IMG/VR virus record: IMGVR_UViG_3300045988_056900
Direction: 5' to 3' (one strand)
Length of the DNA stretch: 64,000 nucleotides
Source of the DNA: a virus
Shown here: positions 24,101 through 38,782 of the stretch, in pieces
How the letters are laid out: each line of letters begins with the position of its first letter
Position numbering within the stretch: position 1 is the first letter of the stretch
Made by a program: the position numbers and the translations under genes
Notes under the pieces: model-generated
Databases searched by the model: none
What the model was told of the DNA's origin: nothing
Seen by the model: the letters and a program-made list of their open reading frames with translations, nothing else

Positions 24101-27100
24101 TTATGGGAGGATCTAATTAATACAAGAAATTAGTTAGAAGAAGAAGTATATACTAATGGGAACTCATCTAGAGCAAAAGAATTAGTAAATTTAGTAAAAG
24201 AAAAGATAGAAGCATTACAGCTAGAGGAAGATATTATAACATCTTACAATGAATTTGTATCATCTAGTGAATAGTATATACATGAAAAAATGCTTCAAAT
24301 CAAAGATAAAGAACATAAGATAACAGAGCAACAAGATGCGTTGACTCCAGTTAATGTTCCAGAATCTCCAAAAGCAGAGCCTACTCAGAAATCTCAAGAA
24401 GAAGAACCAGCTAAGATGGAAGACCTACCATCTCTTGGCTCTTTATTGGGAGGATTAATTGGTCAGGACGCTGCATAGGCCTTAGATACAGCTTATTCTG
24501 AACCATAGACTCCAGAAGATACTTCTGCTCCTATTAGTGAGCCAGAACCAAAGACAAATGACGGTATTACTAAAGATTTAACTTACGATCAATAGTTAGA
24601 TCCATATTCTCATGAACTCAATTATAGACTAAGTAATACTACCTAGGATGCAAATGGTAAGTGGACAGTAGTTACTTATAAAAAGTTCTAGGGTATGGAA
24701 GACTATCTGAACAATGAAGACTTTTCTAAAGTAAGTGCTAATGATGACTTTCTGAAAGAGGTAGAAAATAATGGGGTATACTTTGAAGTTAAACCTTATA
24801 CTAATCCTCAAGGATAGATAGAAGATGCTATATATGCTATCTTTAATTACAAAGGAAAGAAATATATTGCAGCGGTTAGAACTAGTAAAGGATTATATGC
24901 TAATAGATCCGGTAAATTTAATAAGTTACCATACAACCAACAACAATATATAGTCAATAACTTAAATGATCTTAGAAATAAAATAACAGAATTATACAAG
25001 CAAGTATAGACTAATCCTAATTTGCAAGTAGTTCCTACGCAATTACGTAGAACTCCAGGTTCTATTGTTAATGAAAAGAATAGTGACGGTAGTCCAAAAA
25101 ATAGACCATTAACTGAATCTAAATGGTTAACAGTAAAAGATCCATATGAGATAACTCCTGAAAATACTGAAGTAGGTATTACTACAGGTCCAGCAGGAAA
25201 AGGAATAATAAGACTAAGGAATAGAGTATTATCATATAATGGTAGAGCTATGGGTAAGCCAGCATGGATTATTAAAACTACAAATTATGATGGTACAGTA
25301 TATGATAAACCAGTCATACTTAATTATAAGAAATTCTCTGATTCACCTAAAATAGCTGATCTTATACTAGACTTAGTATTAAGTAATCAAAATCAATACG
25401 TAGATGCAAATGGAGTATAGACACCTATTAATCCTAAAGAATTATTAAAGTTCTTAGTTAATTTTGGTACACATACTGTAGCTAATCCTAATAGTTAGGT
25501 GTACTCTCCAGAACAGATACAACAAAGATTAACTAAACAATTCTTTGAAGATGAAAACGGAAACATCGTAATAGGAACTACTACTTATACAGTAAATGAC
25601 TTACTTACCGATGAAACTATAAGAAATAAAGCTAGGCAATATATAATGGATAATTTTCATTATAATATTGATGAAGATGGTCTTAACAAGAACTATTTAG
25701 GTGGTGATCTGCAGTCATAGGATAGAGATCCTCATTTTGAACAATTGTATTCTTACTTTAAAAATAGTGATGTAGAAAAGATAACTATTATACCTGGAGA
25801 ATTAGAATTTACTAGAAAAGATTTTGGACTAGAGGGTAATCCTAAAGGAATAAGTGTATTGGGCTGGTATATTAAACAAGGTATACTTCTAACTGATATA
25901 GCCGATCAATTGCAAGATGCTAATATATATGTAGACGATGTTAGACTTGTAGACAAGACTGTAAAACAAGTTCAATAGGAAGCTAATCAGAAACTATAGG
26001 AATCTGTTAAAGATGATATAAGAGAAAAAGTTATAGAATATACAGATATCTCTGGAAATAAAGCTTCAATGAACTTAGCAGATATTTATGCTATATTAGA
26101 TGGTAGGAAAAGAAGAGGTCCTAATATGACAGTAAATGTTGATACTAACTGGAATATTGAGTATAACCGAGAAGATAAAATGGATGTCCAACAAGCAAAA
26201 GAATGGATAGAAAACACTCTTGGTATTACTCCTGATATAACAAATGCTGTGATAGATGTTACGGATTCTGGCACTAGTGTAGTTGGTAGAGTAACAGAAG
26301 ATTCTATTTTATTGTATAGCGATGCTCCTAGAGGTACCGAATATCACGAAGCTTGGCATAGAGTATCTCAACTACTTATATCAGAAAAGGATAGGAGAAA
26401 GATATATGACAGATATAATCGTAAGAATAAATCTGCTTTAAAAGATTCCTAGTTAGATGAAATATTTGCAGAACAGTTCAGAGAATTTATGCTCGATGAA
26501 TCAAACAAATATGATTTTGATACTAAAAACTGGTTTAGAAGGATATTGAACTTTATAAAGTTGTGGGCTAGAACAGGGTAGTATGCTCTTGCTAAAATAT
26601 ATTCTAACATTAACAGAGGAAAATATGCAGGTATAACTCCTAATCAAAGTAATATAGATAGATTTAGAAGTATCTATGGAGGAGAAGGACCTAATTTTGA
26701 AATAGGTGGACATGAATTTAAAACCATAACTAAGTATAAACAATTCGACGATATTGTTAAGAGCCTTACTTATGCTTTCTTTAATGTAGCTTTTGCTGAA
26801 GGTAAATATATAAATTATAGTGATCTTAATGAAAGTAAACCTACGTTTGAAAGATTAAAATTAATAGTACAAGCTTAGGCAAATAAATTTCCATCTCCTA
26901 CTATGACAGAAGTAGTAGATACATTTGATAATATATTTGTACCAGTTATATCTACTAGATTGAAATAGTTAGGAATTAGAACCATAGATAGAAATTCTGA
27001 AGATCTAAGTGCAATAGAAGAGGTATAGGAAGGCATAGATGTAGCACAACATACTGTAGAAGGTATGAATATATCTATAAAAGATAATGCTCCAGCTGAA

Positions 27101-30100
27101 GTTAAATTCTTCTTTCAAACCATACCAATGATGGAAAGAGGAAAAGATGGGAATTATCAAACTAAGATAGACGATGTTACACATTTTGCCAGTTTCGTAG
27201 ATTCTAATTAGGCTTGGAACAATGTATTAAAAGATTTGTCTGGATGTCGTACTATAACTAATATCTTCGATAAAGTAAACATATTAGCATAGAATGACTC
27301 ATTCTATATGTCATTATTGTTAAAACTAGGTAATGAAATATAGAAATCTAATTCAGATGATATAAGAATAGCAACTGATGCAGAAGCCTTACTTACTAAA
27401 CTTGAAACTGTAATAACTTCAGATATAAATAACTTTGTTACTGCTAAGATAAGTAAAGATAGAAATACAGGGTTTACCAAAGCATCTTTAGTAGACAATA
27501 CTGTAGATATTAAAGCTATAAAATACCCTAAGGTATGGTCATAGTCATTATTCACTAATTCTGGATTGTTCAAATACGATAAAGATGGTAAAATAGTAGC
27601 TGATCCAGATGCTAAAAAGTAGTTAAAATTAGTAATAGATAATCTAACTGCTATTAGAACTGCTTTTATGAATCGTAAAGGGATACTAAAGGTAGGAGAT
27701 AGAGATGTTGATTTACATATACCTATGAATCAAGAATGGTTAAAAGATAGAATAGTTTCTTATCTTTAGGCAATAGGTATAGGTATAGATAAACCTACAA
27801 TCAATAAAATGCTATTATCAGGAGATTATGGTAATCCTAGAGCAGATTCTTATACTCTACTAAATTCATTTGTAGTAAATATTAATAACTTTGGAGGTTT
27901 AGATAAGATTACAGAAGTATTAAACACTATAAACAGTGCTATTAAGTTTGATAATACATTGTCAGATATAATAATTAGTGGTAAAACTGTATCTCCTAAG
28001 TCTATCTGGAGTAATGTAGGTTATGTAAAGACTTTGGCTAATTACTACGCCTATGTACATTCTACAGATAAAGGTTTAAGTAGTTATGGTCCTGATGGTA
28101 ATACATATTACATGGTATCGCAGAACAATTTCGTAAAAGATAGGGTTCAAGAAATGATTACAGATCCTTAGGTATTGTAGGATTTGCGTTCTGTTAACTA
28201 TAATCAACACTCTATTATACTTAATGCTATATCGTAGGGTAATAAAAATATTCAAGTAGAAACTCTTATCAACTTCAAAGATGAAACTTCATATGATGCT
28301 GGTAGAGATTATTTCGGAATTACAGATAGAGAAGATTATATAGCTAAAATGACAGCTGTAATGAATGATCGAATAATATTCCCTACAGTAGCCGATAAGA
28401 AAACCTATCATTTCTTACGTGGAGTTAAATTACCGCATGAACGAATAAATTTCACAGTAACCCAATAGGGTACTTATGCGTAGTATGGTGAATAGTCTTT
28501 AGATATATTAATAGGTTATTGTCAAGATGAATTAAGTTAGATAGAATTATGTCTTAGACAAATTGATGATGATCCGGCTCATTATGACAAAGAAAATAAT
28601 ATACATTATAATGAGGATGGAAGTATCAACAATGATTGGCTTGAACCAAATAGAAGAATCAAGAACTTCCATACTCCTAATACTTATAAGTATACAGACA
28701 AATATGGAAAGAAACATACAGTTAAATTAGAAGGTAATGGAGCAAGATTCTTATTCTTAACAGGAGTATATGCAAATGGTAAATTTATTAACTTTAACGA
28801 CCCTAAAAAGTCTGCTAAAGAATGTTTACAACTAGCAAAAGACTATTTCTTCAATGCTCCTAAAGATGCTCAAAAAATGTTCTTAAGTGATTTAATAAAT
28901 CGTAGAGTAAAAGAAGAAATAGAAACATCTAAGAAATTAGGACTTATTACTGGCAATGATAATAATAATATATGGAGCTTACGTAACTCATTATTAGATG
29001 ATAATGAACTAATAGAACGTACAAAGGCATATACTAATATAGATCCTAATAATGCTGAAGGATATGCTATATTCGACATGATTGCTGACTATACTATTAA
29101 TAGTATAATATCTGTAACCGAGATAGAGAAATTATTTAATGGAGCACCAGCATATTACAAAGTAAAATATGATAGAAATGGCATAGTTGACTTATCAGTT
29201 GATAAGATCAAACGTCTAGGTGCATTGACATCTACAGGATTGAATAATAGACTTGATTTTAACAATGATCCTATTAGATAGGAATATGTAGTGGCAGAAT
29301 TAAAAGATCACGAAATATAGGACAAACAGTACTACGAGTTTGAACGCCTATTTACTAGAGGAAATATAAAAGAAACCATACAAGAATTAGAAGGTGAAGC
29401 AGCGTGGGATAAAGTAAAACATTTAAGTGTACAAGAAATAGAGAAAGTATATCCTGATGCTGTTAAAGTTGCGAAACAAGCAGCAAAAGTAGAAGTAGCT
29501 GGTTATAAGGAAGGAATAAACGTAGCAGATGCTGCTGTATATATCAGCCCTACTATGACTAGAGATCTTCTTAGAATGAGAGGAGAATGGTCTACGGAAG
29601 TAAAAGAGGCTTTCGATGTTCTTACTAATGATAATACTGCTGATACTTGGGAATCTGATCCAGAATTGTACGCTAAAGCAAATAAGGTTATATTAAATGC
29701 CATGAAGTATATGGCGTTTGGTACTAGATTTAATGAAATAGACGGATTAGGAATACCTTACTTTAATAAGATGGCTCTATTTCCATTGTTTAAATCTATT
29801 GCTACAGGTGATACCAAAGCTATATATGATCGTATGATGGATCCAGAAAATCCTATAGATATGATTATGTTTGACTCTGCAGTAAAAGCAGGTTCTAGGT
29901 CTCCTATGAAAGCTTACAGAGAAGCTAAAGACAACGAAATAGAACTTAAAGATGGTCAAACAGTATTGTCTGCTAGTATAACAGATCAACTTATTAGTGG
30001 AGAAGGAAACACATTAAATGATTTTAATAATTTAGTAACTTATAAATAGAAATTTAAGTACTTGCGTCAGCAATTAGCTACTAATCCTCATACGCACGAA

Positions 30101-33100
30101 GAACAAATGGCAGGTACACAATTTATGAAAGTGAACTTGTCTAATATTCGTATGAATGATATGTATGGTAAGGAAGGAGATTAGGTAACTGGTAGAGATA
30201 TTAAGAATACAGTAATGGAATCTCTTAATAAGTTATCTGATATAGGTAAGCAATAGTTAGCATCAGAACTATTTACTGAAGATGGTAAAGTAAATATAAC
30301 CAAATTAGGTACTATGCTCTATCAAGATGCTAGAGAATCTGACGCTAATGATAATGTATTAACAGGTCTGAAAACTAAAGATGATGCCTTTGTAATACCT
30401 TTATCTGCTCTGTCTGATAATAAATGGATAGAGAGTAGATTTATTGCTATGATCAATAAAAAAATTATTGATGTATAGATGCCAGGAGGAGCATTTATTC
30501 AAAGATCTGCTTTTGGTATAGAAGCTACCTCTACTAAAGTTATTACAGCTAATATGATTAATGATGGTAGAGCCTTAAAAATGAATAATGAAGAAGGTTC
30601 TATGGATTCTGTAGTAAGTATAAATCTATTTAAACATTTTATACCTAACTACAAAAAAATGACATTTAGACAGGCACGACAATGGTTAATTGATAAGAAG
30701 ATAATCGGATCAGAAGCTACAGCAAATGCAATAGGTTATCGTATTCCTACTCAATCTATTGCATCTATATCTGCTCTTAGATTTGTAGATGTATTTCCAG
30801 AAATAATGGGCGATACTATTATGTTACCAGAAGGATTTACTAAGCTTACTGGTTCCGACTTTGATATTGATAAACTATATGTAGCTAGATTTGCTTATAA
30901 TAAAGAAGGAAACAAGATAACAAAGAATGATGTAAATGAAGAATCTAATGCTATCAAAAACGATATACTTGATGCTTACATGAAAGTACTTCTTACTTAG
31001 GATAATTTTAACTCTTTAAAATTGTCTATTGATAATGCTACAGAGAATACCAAAGAAGTGCTTAGAGATATAGAGAGTAATAGAGGCGTTCATTATGCTC
31101 AACCATTTGAAGTATATACACCTACTTATCAAGAAGCTAGAAAGGCAGAATATACTGGTGGTAAAGCTGGTATTGGTCCATTTGCATTGAATAATGCGCA
31201 TCATATACTTACACAACTTACTAATTTAAAAATGGTTGATAATGACTTTACTAGAGCATTAGACATAATAGATCTAGGAAGAATATATGATTATCCTACA
31301 GCAGGAACTCCTAAAGGAGGACGTATTCTTGACTGGTTATCTGCTATGATTAATGGTTTTGTTGATATTGCTAAAGACCCCTACATTGTAAGATTAAATG
31401 TTAATTCTTGGACTTATAATATGGTAAACTTCTTATTACGTACTGGTAAAGGAAAATGGACATTTTACTTTGTAGGTCAACCCATATTCAAAGAAATAGC
31501 AGAAGAAGTTGCTAAGACAAAAGGTAAGTATGGTGTAGATAGAACTAAAACTCCTTCTCAATTAGAGAAAGAAGCTATTAAAAAAGTGCTAGATAAATAC
31601 GATCCTACTGGAGGACATAGATCTAGATATTAGTATATAAATACTAAGACAGATTTAATGGCAGAAGAATATAAAGATCTATTTAAAACAGAAATAGTAG
31701 AAGGTAAAGAAACATCTTATACTAGAGAACTATTATTACATCCTAATGACTTTGAATTCAATAGAGAACAAATAAAAATGTACTATGCTTGGTTAGCTCT
31801 AAAACCGTATGCTGATGGTTTAGCTGATCTTGTAAAATATTCTAAAGTAGATACTAAGAAAACTGGTAAATCTTTTGCTGAATAGTAGGTATATTATAAT
31901 GGCATGAAAGATTTAACAGATAGTATGGTTTTTGAAGAAGGAGAAGTACAAAGATTCTATGATGAAACATTTATAGGAAGAAAAACTGAAAATAGCATAC
32001 CATTTGGAGCTAGTATCTTTTCTAATCTGTTATTCAGAAATACTGATACTTTCATAAAACAATATAATGCTGTATTATCATTACTTGGAAGAAAGAATAA
32101 CGCTAATGCTAAGTTATTAAATCCTATCATATCTGGTATGGAATCTCAAATAAAGACAGAATTCTTTAATCAATTTGTAAAAGACAATAATATTGATGTA
32201 GAAGGAATGTTCAGAGGAAATAACACATTAGCTAAACGTCTTAATAAGTTCAAGACAATGATATTGAAAGGGGATGAACGTTATAAATACTTATTGAATC
32301 CCAATGGTAGTATAAACAATGACTTCTTAGAATATTTAATACCAAATATAGATAATGAAGGTATTGATTTTATAGACACATCCGAATTACTTAGTGCAGA
32401 TCAAGCACAAGGTAACAATCTTATAAATTATTGGAGAGAATTGTTAGATGATCCTCTTCCAGAAGTTAAGAGATTGGCTAGGGATTTAGCAGTTTATGCG
32501 TTCTACACATCTGGAGATAATTTTGCTATGAATTCGTTCTTTCAGTATCTACCAAATAGTTATAGACAAGAAATAGGTTATACTGATTTCGTACAAAGTA
32601 AATTGGAATAGCTTATTAATGAATCTCAACTAGGTTACAAAGACAAGGCTGATTTATTCTTGAATAACTGGACTAATGATCTATTAGTTAAGCCTGTAGA
32701 AATGGAAGGAGGAAAAAATAGAATGCCGTTTATACAAGCTAAATTAAACGAATAGGCAACTCCTAATATAATTGTCGGAAAAAGAGTAGGATCAGAGTAT
32801 TCCGATATAAAACCAATAAATTGGGTTAAAGTATCTGTAGTAGATGCATTAGGTAATCCTGTAGTAAGATCGTATCCTATGTTCCCACCATATATCAAAA
32901 TGAGAGATGGTAAAGGTTTTGACACTAAGAATTGGCATGTATATACTCTAATAGGTTTTACTGATCAAGCAGAAGTAGATAAAAGTACTGGGAAATTTAC
33001 AGGAAAAATGCAATACACTCCTATATATGGTCTTGTTAGTAAAAAAGGATACAAGCACAGAGGACATACTGTTGTTGAATATGGTAGAGAAACTCAATTC

Positions 33101-34555
33101 GATTTCAATAAAGAAAATGAATGGGATTATAGAGAAGCTCTGAATAATCCTTTAGCATTAGCAGATATGGCTTCTGAGTTTGATAAATAGGATTGGAATA
33201 AGATAAGTAGATCTATACATTTAATAACATCTCTTCCTAGTTATTCTGATATGAATTATGCTATATCTGAACAAGATAGAGCTTATATGGATGATTCTTC
33301 TACTTTAGAGGAAGATGAAGTAACTGGAGAAGTTCTTGAGGAAAAAGAAGAACCAACTATTGATTCTACAGATGTAAGCTCTTAGTCAATGTATGTTAAT
33401 CATTCAGGTGGTGCAGTTGGTAGTGATACTATATGGGGAGAAATAGGAGAACAGTTTGGAGTAACGTCTAAACATTACTACGCTGAAGGATATAATACTC
33501 CAAAAGGAAATACTCCGTTAACAAAACAGTAGCTTAGTGAATCCGATTACCATTTGTTAGAAGCTAATAAAAAATTGAACAGAAGGTTTCCTACTAATAA
33601 TGAATATGTTAATAATTTATTAAGACGTAATTGGTTCCAAGTTAGAAATTCTGATGCAGTATACGCTATTGGAGAAATAGAACCTAAAAATGGTACTGTT
33701 AAAGGCGGTACTGGTTGGGCTGTTCAAATGGCAATAGATAATAATAAAGATGTATATGTATTTGATCAAAGTAGGTTAAAATGGTATAGAAATAGAGATC
33801 ATAAATGGTCAGAGGTAACTACACCAAAACTAACTCCTAATTTTGCAGGCATTGGTACTAGAGAAATAACTCAAGAAGGAATTCAAGCAATTAGAAATGT
33901 TTATGCTCTTACTTTTAAAGGGTAGGTAGCAAATGCTATAGATAACACTACTATAGCTTAGAAGTGGTCTAATAAAGAAGGTTGGTCTATTGATTACTTT
34001 TATAAAAAAGTATTACCAAGAATAAACGAAGCATGGCAAATAGAGTATAAATTAGCTCCAAATCAGTCTGTTCAACCTAAACTAAGAGGGTCTATGAACT
34101 TCTATTATGGAGATGACGCATCTAAAAATATCAAATCTAAATCTACATTAGAAGCTATAAAAAATGGAGAACGAACCGCTACTACAAGATATGAAAGAGA
34201 TGGAAATATAGATTACTGGAAGTAGGCTAATATTGGAGATATAATAGAATTCCACAATAAGGAAGGAGAATCAGTAAAAGTAATAGTTACTAAACCTCTT
34301 TCTAAGTTGGTTAACAATTCTCCTTAGCAACTAGATCTATTCCCATCTAATTTACCACTAACTGGTGTCGAATTAATGGCATTATACGAACAAGGAAATT
34401 CAAGAATAAGCGAAGTACTTGATCAGATGGAAGACCTCACCCCAGAAGAAAGGTAGACTTATTTAAATGAATTTGCATAGTTTATGACAGATAATGAAGT
34501 TAATACGCAAGATAAACTTGAGGAAGCATTAAGAAAATTCATATGTAATTTATAA
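21194..34555 (+). CDS. Giant multidomain virion protein (~4450 codons) with an HExxH metallopeptidase motif and a crAss-type virion RNA polymerase DFDID motif
   Basis: The 16 listed fragments from 21194 to 33554 all start at positions congruent to 2 mod 3. The gaps I checked contain only TAG. HEAWH is at 26345-26359 and GSDFDIDKLY has its DFDID at 30857-30871. The first non-TAG stop is TAA 34553. Confidence 0.75.
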
Positions 34556-34567
34556 TAACCAGATAAT

Positions 34568-37500
34568 ATGTATAAATGTCCAAATAAAAATCTTCCTGAA
34601 TGGAAGGAGTTAGAAAAAGTTGTACCAGAAGTCGCATATACTATCTGGGATATGAATAATGGTCATGGTATAGATAAGGCTCCGAATGGGGAGCCTTCTC
34701 TTCTATTTAATAAATTATTAGAACATTTTAATAATGATAGAGAACAAGCCATACTATAGAAAGCAAAAATATTCTCTAATAAGTTTCAAAATAATATAAA
34801 TAATTATACACTTGATGAAAATAGCGAACCTTACATGCAAGATGTATTAACTACATCAAGTGTTAGTTATGATAATACTGATTTCAAAACTTTCACTGAA
34901 GACGAAATTAGAGTATTAGAGGAGATATCTAACCTATATACAAAAATATAGAAAGGATTAAAAGACAGACTTAATGCTATTAAGAGATATTCTAGTAAAA
35001 ATCCAAAAGTATGGAGAGACCTACAAAACTTAATATAGAAATTATCTACGTCAGAAACTGAACAAGGTATAATTCAATTTCTAGAACACGTTAGAGACTC
35101 TATAAACGATAGTAAGAATTTCTTAAGTAAGCCTATAGAAGAAATTAATGCTAAGTAGATACGACAACTATCTAATGATTATGTAGGGTTCTATAAACCT
35201 CTAATAGATAATATTCAATATATTGTTGATACTACAGATATATTTAAAGGAATAGATAACTATGATGATGTAATTAATCTAGTAGCAGAAATGTCCTAGT
35301 CTATAACTACTGTGAACAATAAATTTATAAATGTTCTCAAAAGTAAGGGATATCAATATTTACGTCAATACCTTTCACAACAAGGCATGCCTGATAGTTT
35401 CATTTAGGGTACTATTAATTGGCTAGATGATCCTAAACACGATTCAAGTATATTTATGAATTGGTTTGGAATGGCTACTAATAGTGATAATGCTGTTCAG
35501 CAAGCTATTGCTAAGATGTTGAATGATGTGAAGAACGCTACGGATAGACAAACTTTAGAAGTAGGCATTAGATTAGTAAAAGCACTGAATAAAGCAAAGG
35601 AAAAATATGGGAATGACGTATAGAAATTGCTTTATGAGAGAGACGATGATGGTAGTTATACTGGATATAGAGTAACTAGAATAAATTAGGGTAAGTATAA
35701 TCGTACAAAGAAGCAATTCTTAGATAAACTTGCAAAACAATTAGGAATAACTAAAGATTCTAATGGTTAGTACGAATTACCACTAAATTAGGATATATAG
35801 AAAAAGTGGTTTGATAGTATAAATAAGTGGTACAATGATCACGCTGATAGAAAATATGTATCAGAATACTATACACTTAGAAATAAGATGTTGTCATAGA
35901 AAACTAGAGATGCTCAATAGGAGATATAGAATTATATAGATAACATTACCAATCCTATTACTATAGATGGCATAGAATATGATAATCTATTAAGTGCATC
36001 CGAATATAATCAACTATAGGAATTGCGTAAACAAAAAAAGATGTTAGCAAATCCATATAATTTGGATGGAAGTGAAAAGACAGGTGATGACGCTCTAATA
36101 GCCAAAGAACTTATAGCTTTTAATGAAGAAGTATCAAAACATATCAAATATGATACAGATATATAGAAATATCAGGCAGATAGATCTAAAGTAGCTAAAA
36201 GATATGGCGATAATTCAGAATAGTTAAAATTGTGGGAAGAGCGTAATACTGTTGAAAGATATAATTAGGCTTTCTACGATAGAATAGATAGTTTAGACAA
36301 AACTCCATAGTCAGATACCTATGAACGTCTAAGAACTAGAAGAAGAAATTTATTATCTTTGTATAAAGATCCTAATACAGGTAAAATAAACACAGATGCT
36401 ATATCTGATGCTGAAAAGAGAGATCTGTTACAGCTAGATCAAGATATAGCTTTTTCATATTCTCCGAGTTAGGATACAGAAAGAAAAGGTCCTCGATTGT
36501 CAGATTTTGCAGAAATAGCTACTACAGAACAATATCGTATAGATATGGAAAAAGCTAGAAATAATGGCACATTAGCATATAATGATTGGTTCAACAGAAG
36601 TCACTATGAAGATATTAGAGGATTTATGAGACCAGCATCGTTTTATACTGAACTTAGACCATTACCACAATTTATGGATCAATATAAAGAAAGAGTTCCC
36701 TCTATAAAATATTCATCAATATCGCCTAGTTCAGATTGGTATAATTCTAACTGGGATCCAAATGGTCCGTCTATTTAGCCTAATAAAAAGTTGTATGACA
36801 ATAGTAAAGCTTATAATGCTGTACTAAATAAGCCAGAAGTGAAACAACTATATGATGAGATAGAAGCTATTATGGATGAGGCTAACAAGTATGTATCTTT
36901 TATGTAGTTTGCCAATGATCATAGAATGCCTCAAATACCTGCTAGATTTATGCAATCTTTGAGCCGTAAAGATGGCATATTAGGTAAATTAGGATACGTT
37001 TTTGAAGATTTTGCTACTACTAAAGATGATGACTTAGATTTCGTAAATGAATTTTCTACTATGCCTAATGGAGATCCAATTAAAGTAATACCTACTAGAT
37101 TTATAAAGATGTTAGATGATCCTAATATAATATCTACTGATGCTGTTGCAGCTGTAGTTTAGTATTATAATATGGCTACTAATTATCGTAATATGTCAGA
37201 AAAATAGGATGACGTAGAAATGATGTTAAATCTACTGAAATAGGTATCTATTCGCACTAAAAAAGAACTTAAAGGCCCAGGATCTACAAATGTATATAAG
37301 TAGTCTTAGTTATTAGTAGATAGATTAATGTATGGAAGGAATAAATCTCCTATATTAATGAATGCATTTGGTAAAGAATTAAATGTAGGTAAAATGTTAG
37401 ACATAGTTAGAGGATTTGTTACAAAAGTAAATCTATCTGGTAATCTATGGTCTATTGGAACCGGATTTTTTACTGATGCAACATATACCACTTTAGAGGC

Positions 37501-38713
37501 TAAAATGGGAAGATTTTTTGACTTAGAAGATCTTAGGTATGCTTAGACAGAATTTTTTAGAGAATTACCAAACATGTTATCTAACATAGGTAATCCAGAT
37601 CCTAAAGGTAAATTACCATATTTATTAGCTCTTAATCAAGTAGTAAAAGATAATTAGGAACTATTTGATAGATTAGATGAAAGCTAGGTATTAAGGTCTA
37701 TAAATTAGAATTTTTGGTTTGCTGGATATACCCAAGCCGACTATACTGTAAAAAGTCATACTCTTATAAGTATCTATCATAATTATCGTTTCGTTAAAGG
37801 AGATGGTTTCTTATCTAAATCACAGTATATAGATAAGTACTATCCTAATGATAGAAAAAAAGGAGAAGTAAACTTCAAATAGTTAGGTGTCACTTTATAT
37901 GATGCATATAAATAGTAGGATAATGGAGATATTATAGTAGATGATAAATATGCATCTTATATTACTGAAAAACTATTAAATGATGTAAAAAATAGAATCT
38001 AGATAATAAGTAAAAGAATAGATGGTACTATACGTGAAGTAGATAAAGCTCAAGTACATGCTAATTCTATAGCATCTTATACTGTTATGCATCGTAATTT
38101 TATGGTATCTGCTTTACATGATAGATTTAAAAGAAAACAATTTAATCTTGATTTAGGAGTAATAGAAGAAGGATATTATAGATCTACAGGAAGATTCTTG
38201 TAGAATGTAATAGGAAATAGACACTTTGCTCTAGCTCAATTACTAGCCGATTACAACAATATGTAGGAGTACGAACAATATGCTGTTCGTAGAACTTTAA
38301 ACGAATTAATGTTAATAGCAGGATCTACTACAGTAGCTGTAGTATTAGCTAGTATAGTAGATGGAGATGATGATTATGATACATGGTTAACTCAATCTAT
38401 GACATATCTTGCAATGAGATCTGCATTTGAATTTCGAACCATGTATAATCCATTTGAGTTAATGTCTTTAATTAAGTCTCCTACAGCAGCTTTCAATTGG
38501 TTTGATAATGCATCTAGTTTTATTAACTTAGTTAATCCATTTGCATATACAGGTAATAAAACACCATTTACTATAATTGATAGAGGAGTATATAAAGGTA
38601 TGCCTGTAATGTTAAGAAATATTATTAAAGTAACTCCATTTAAGAGCGTGTTTGAAGCGCAAGATCCAAAATCGAAACGCAATTATCTATAGAATCAATT
38701 AATGAACTTCTAA
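34568..38713 (+). CDS. Large (~1380 codon) virion protein, many in-frame TAGs
   Basis: Fragments 34568, 36497, 36926, 37328 and 38309 share one frame. After TAG 38690 the frame continues as NQLMNF to TAA 38711. Confidence 0.7.
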
Positions 38714-38758
38714 GTTTCTATTAAAATTATCAATTCGTTGAATTACTGCAAAAAAGAA

Positions 38759-38782
38759 AAGCCTACTAGAAATAGTAGGCTT
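38759..38782. terminator. Bidirectional terminator hairpin between the convergent modules
   Basis: AAGCCTACTA-GAAA-TAGTAGGCTT flanked by an A-run (38751-38760) and TTATTT. Confidence 0.75.

Noticed and set aside
10394-38692. The fragmented plus-strand ORFs could be read as pseudogenes or a decaying prophage.
   Set aside because: Within each gene the fragments stay in one frame. Every interruption I checked is TAG, never a frameshift or TAA/TGA, and motifs continue across the TAGs. This pattern fits codon reassignment rather than decay.
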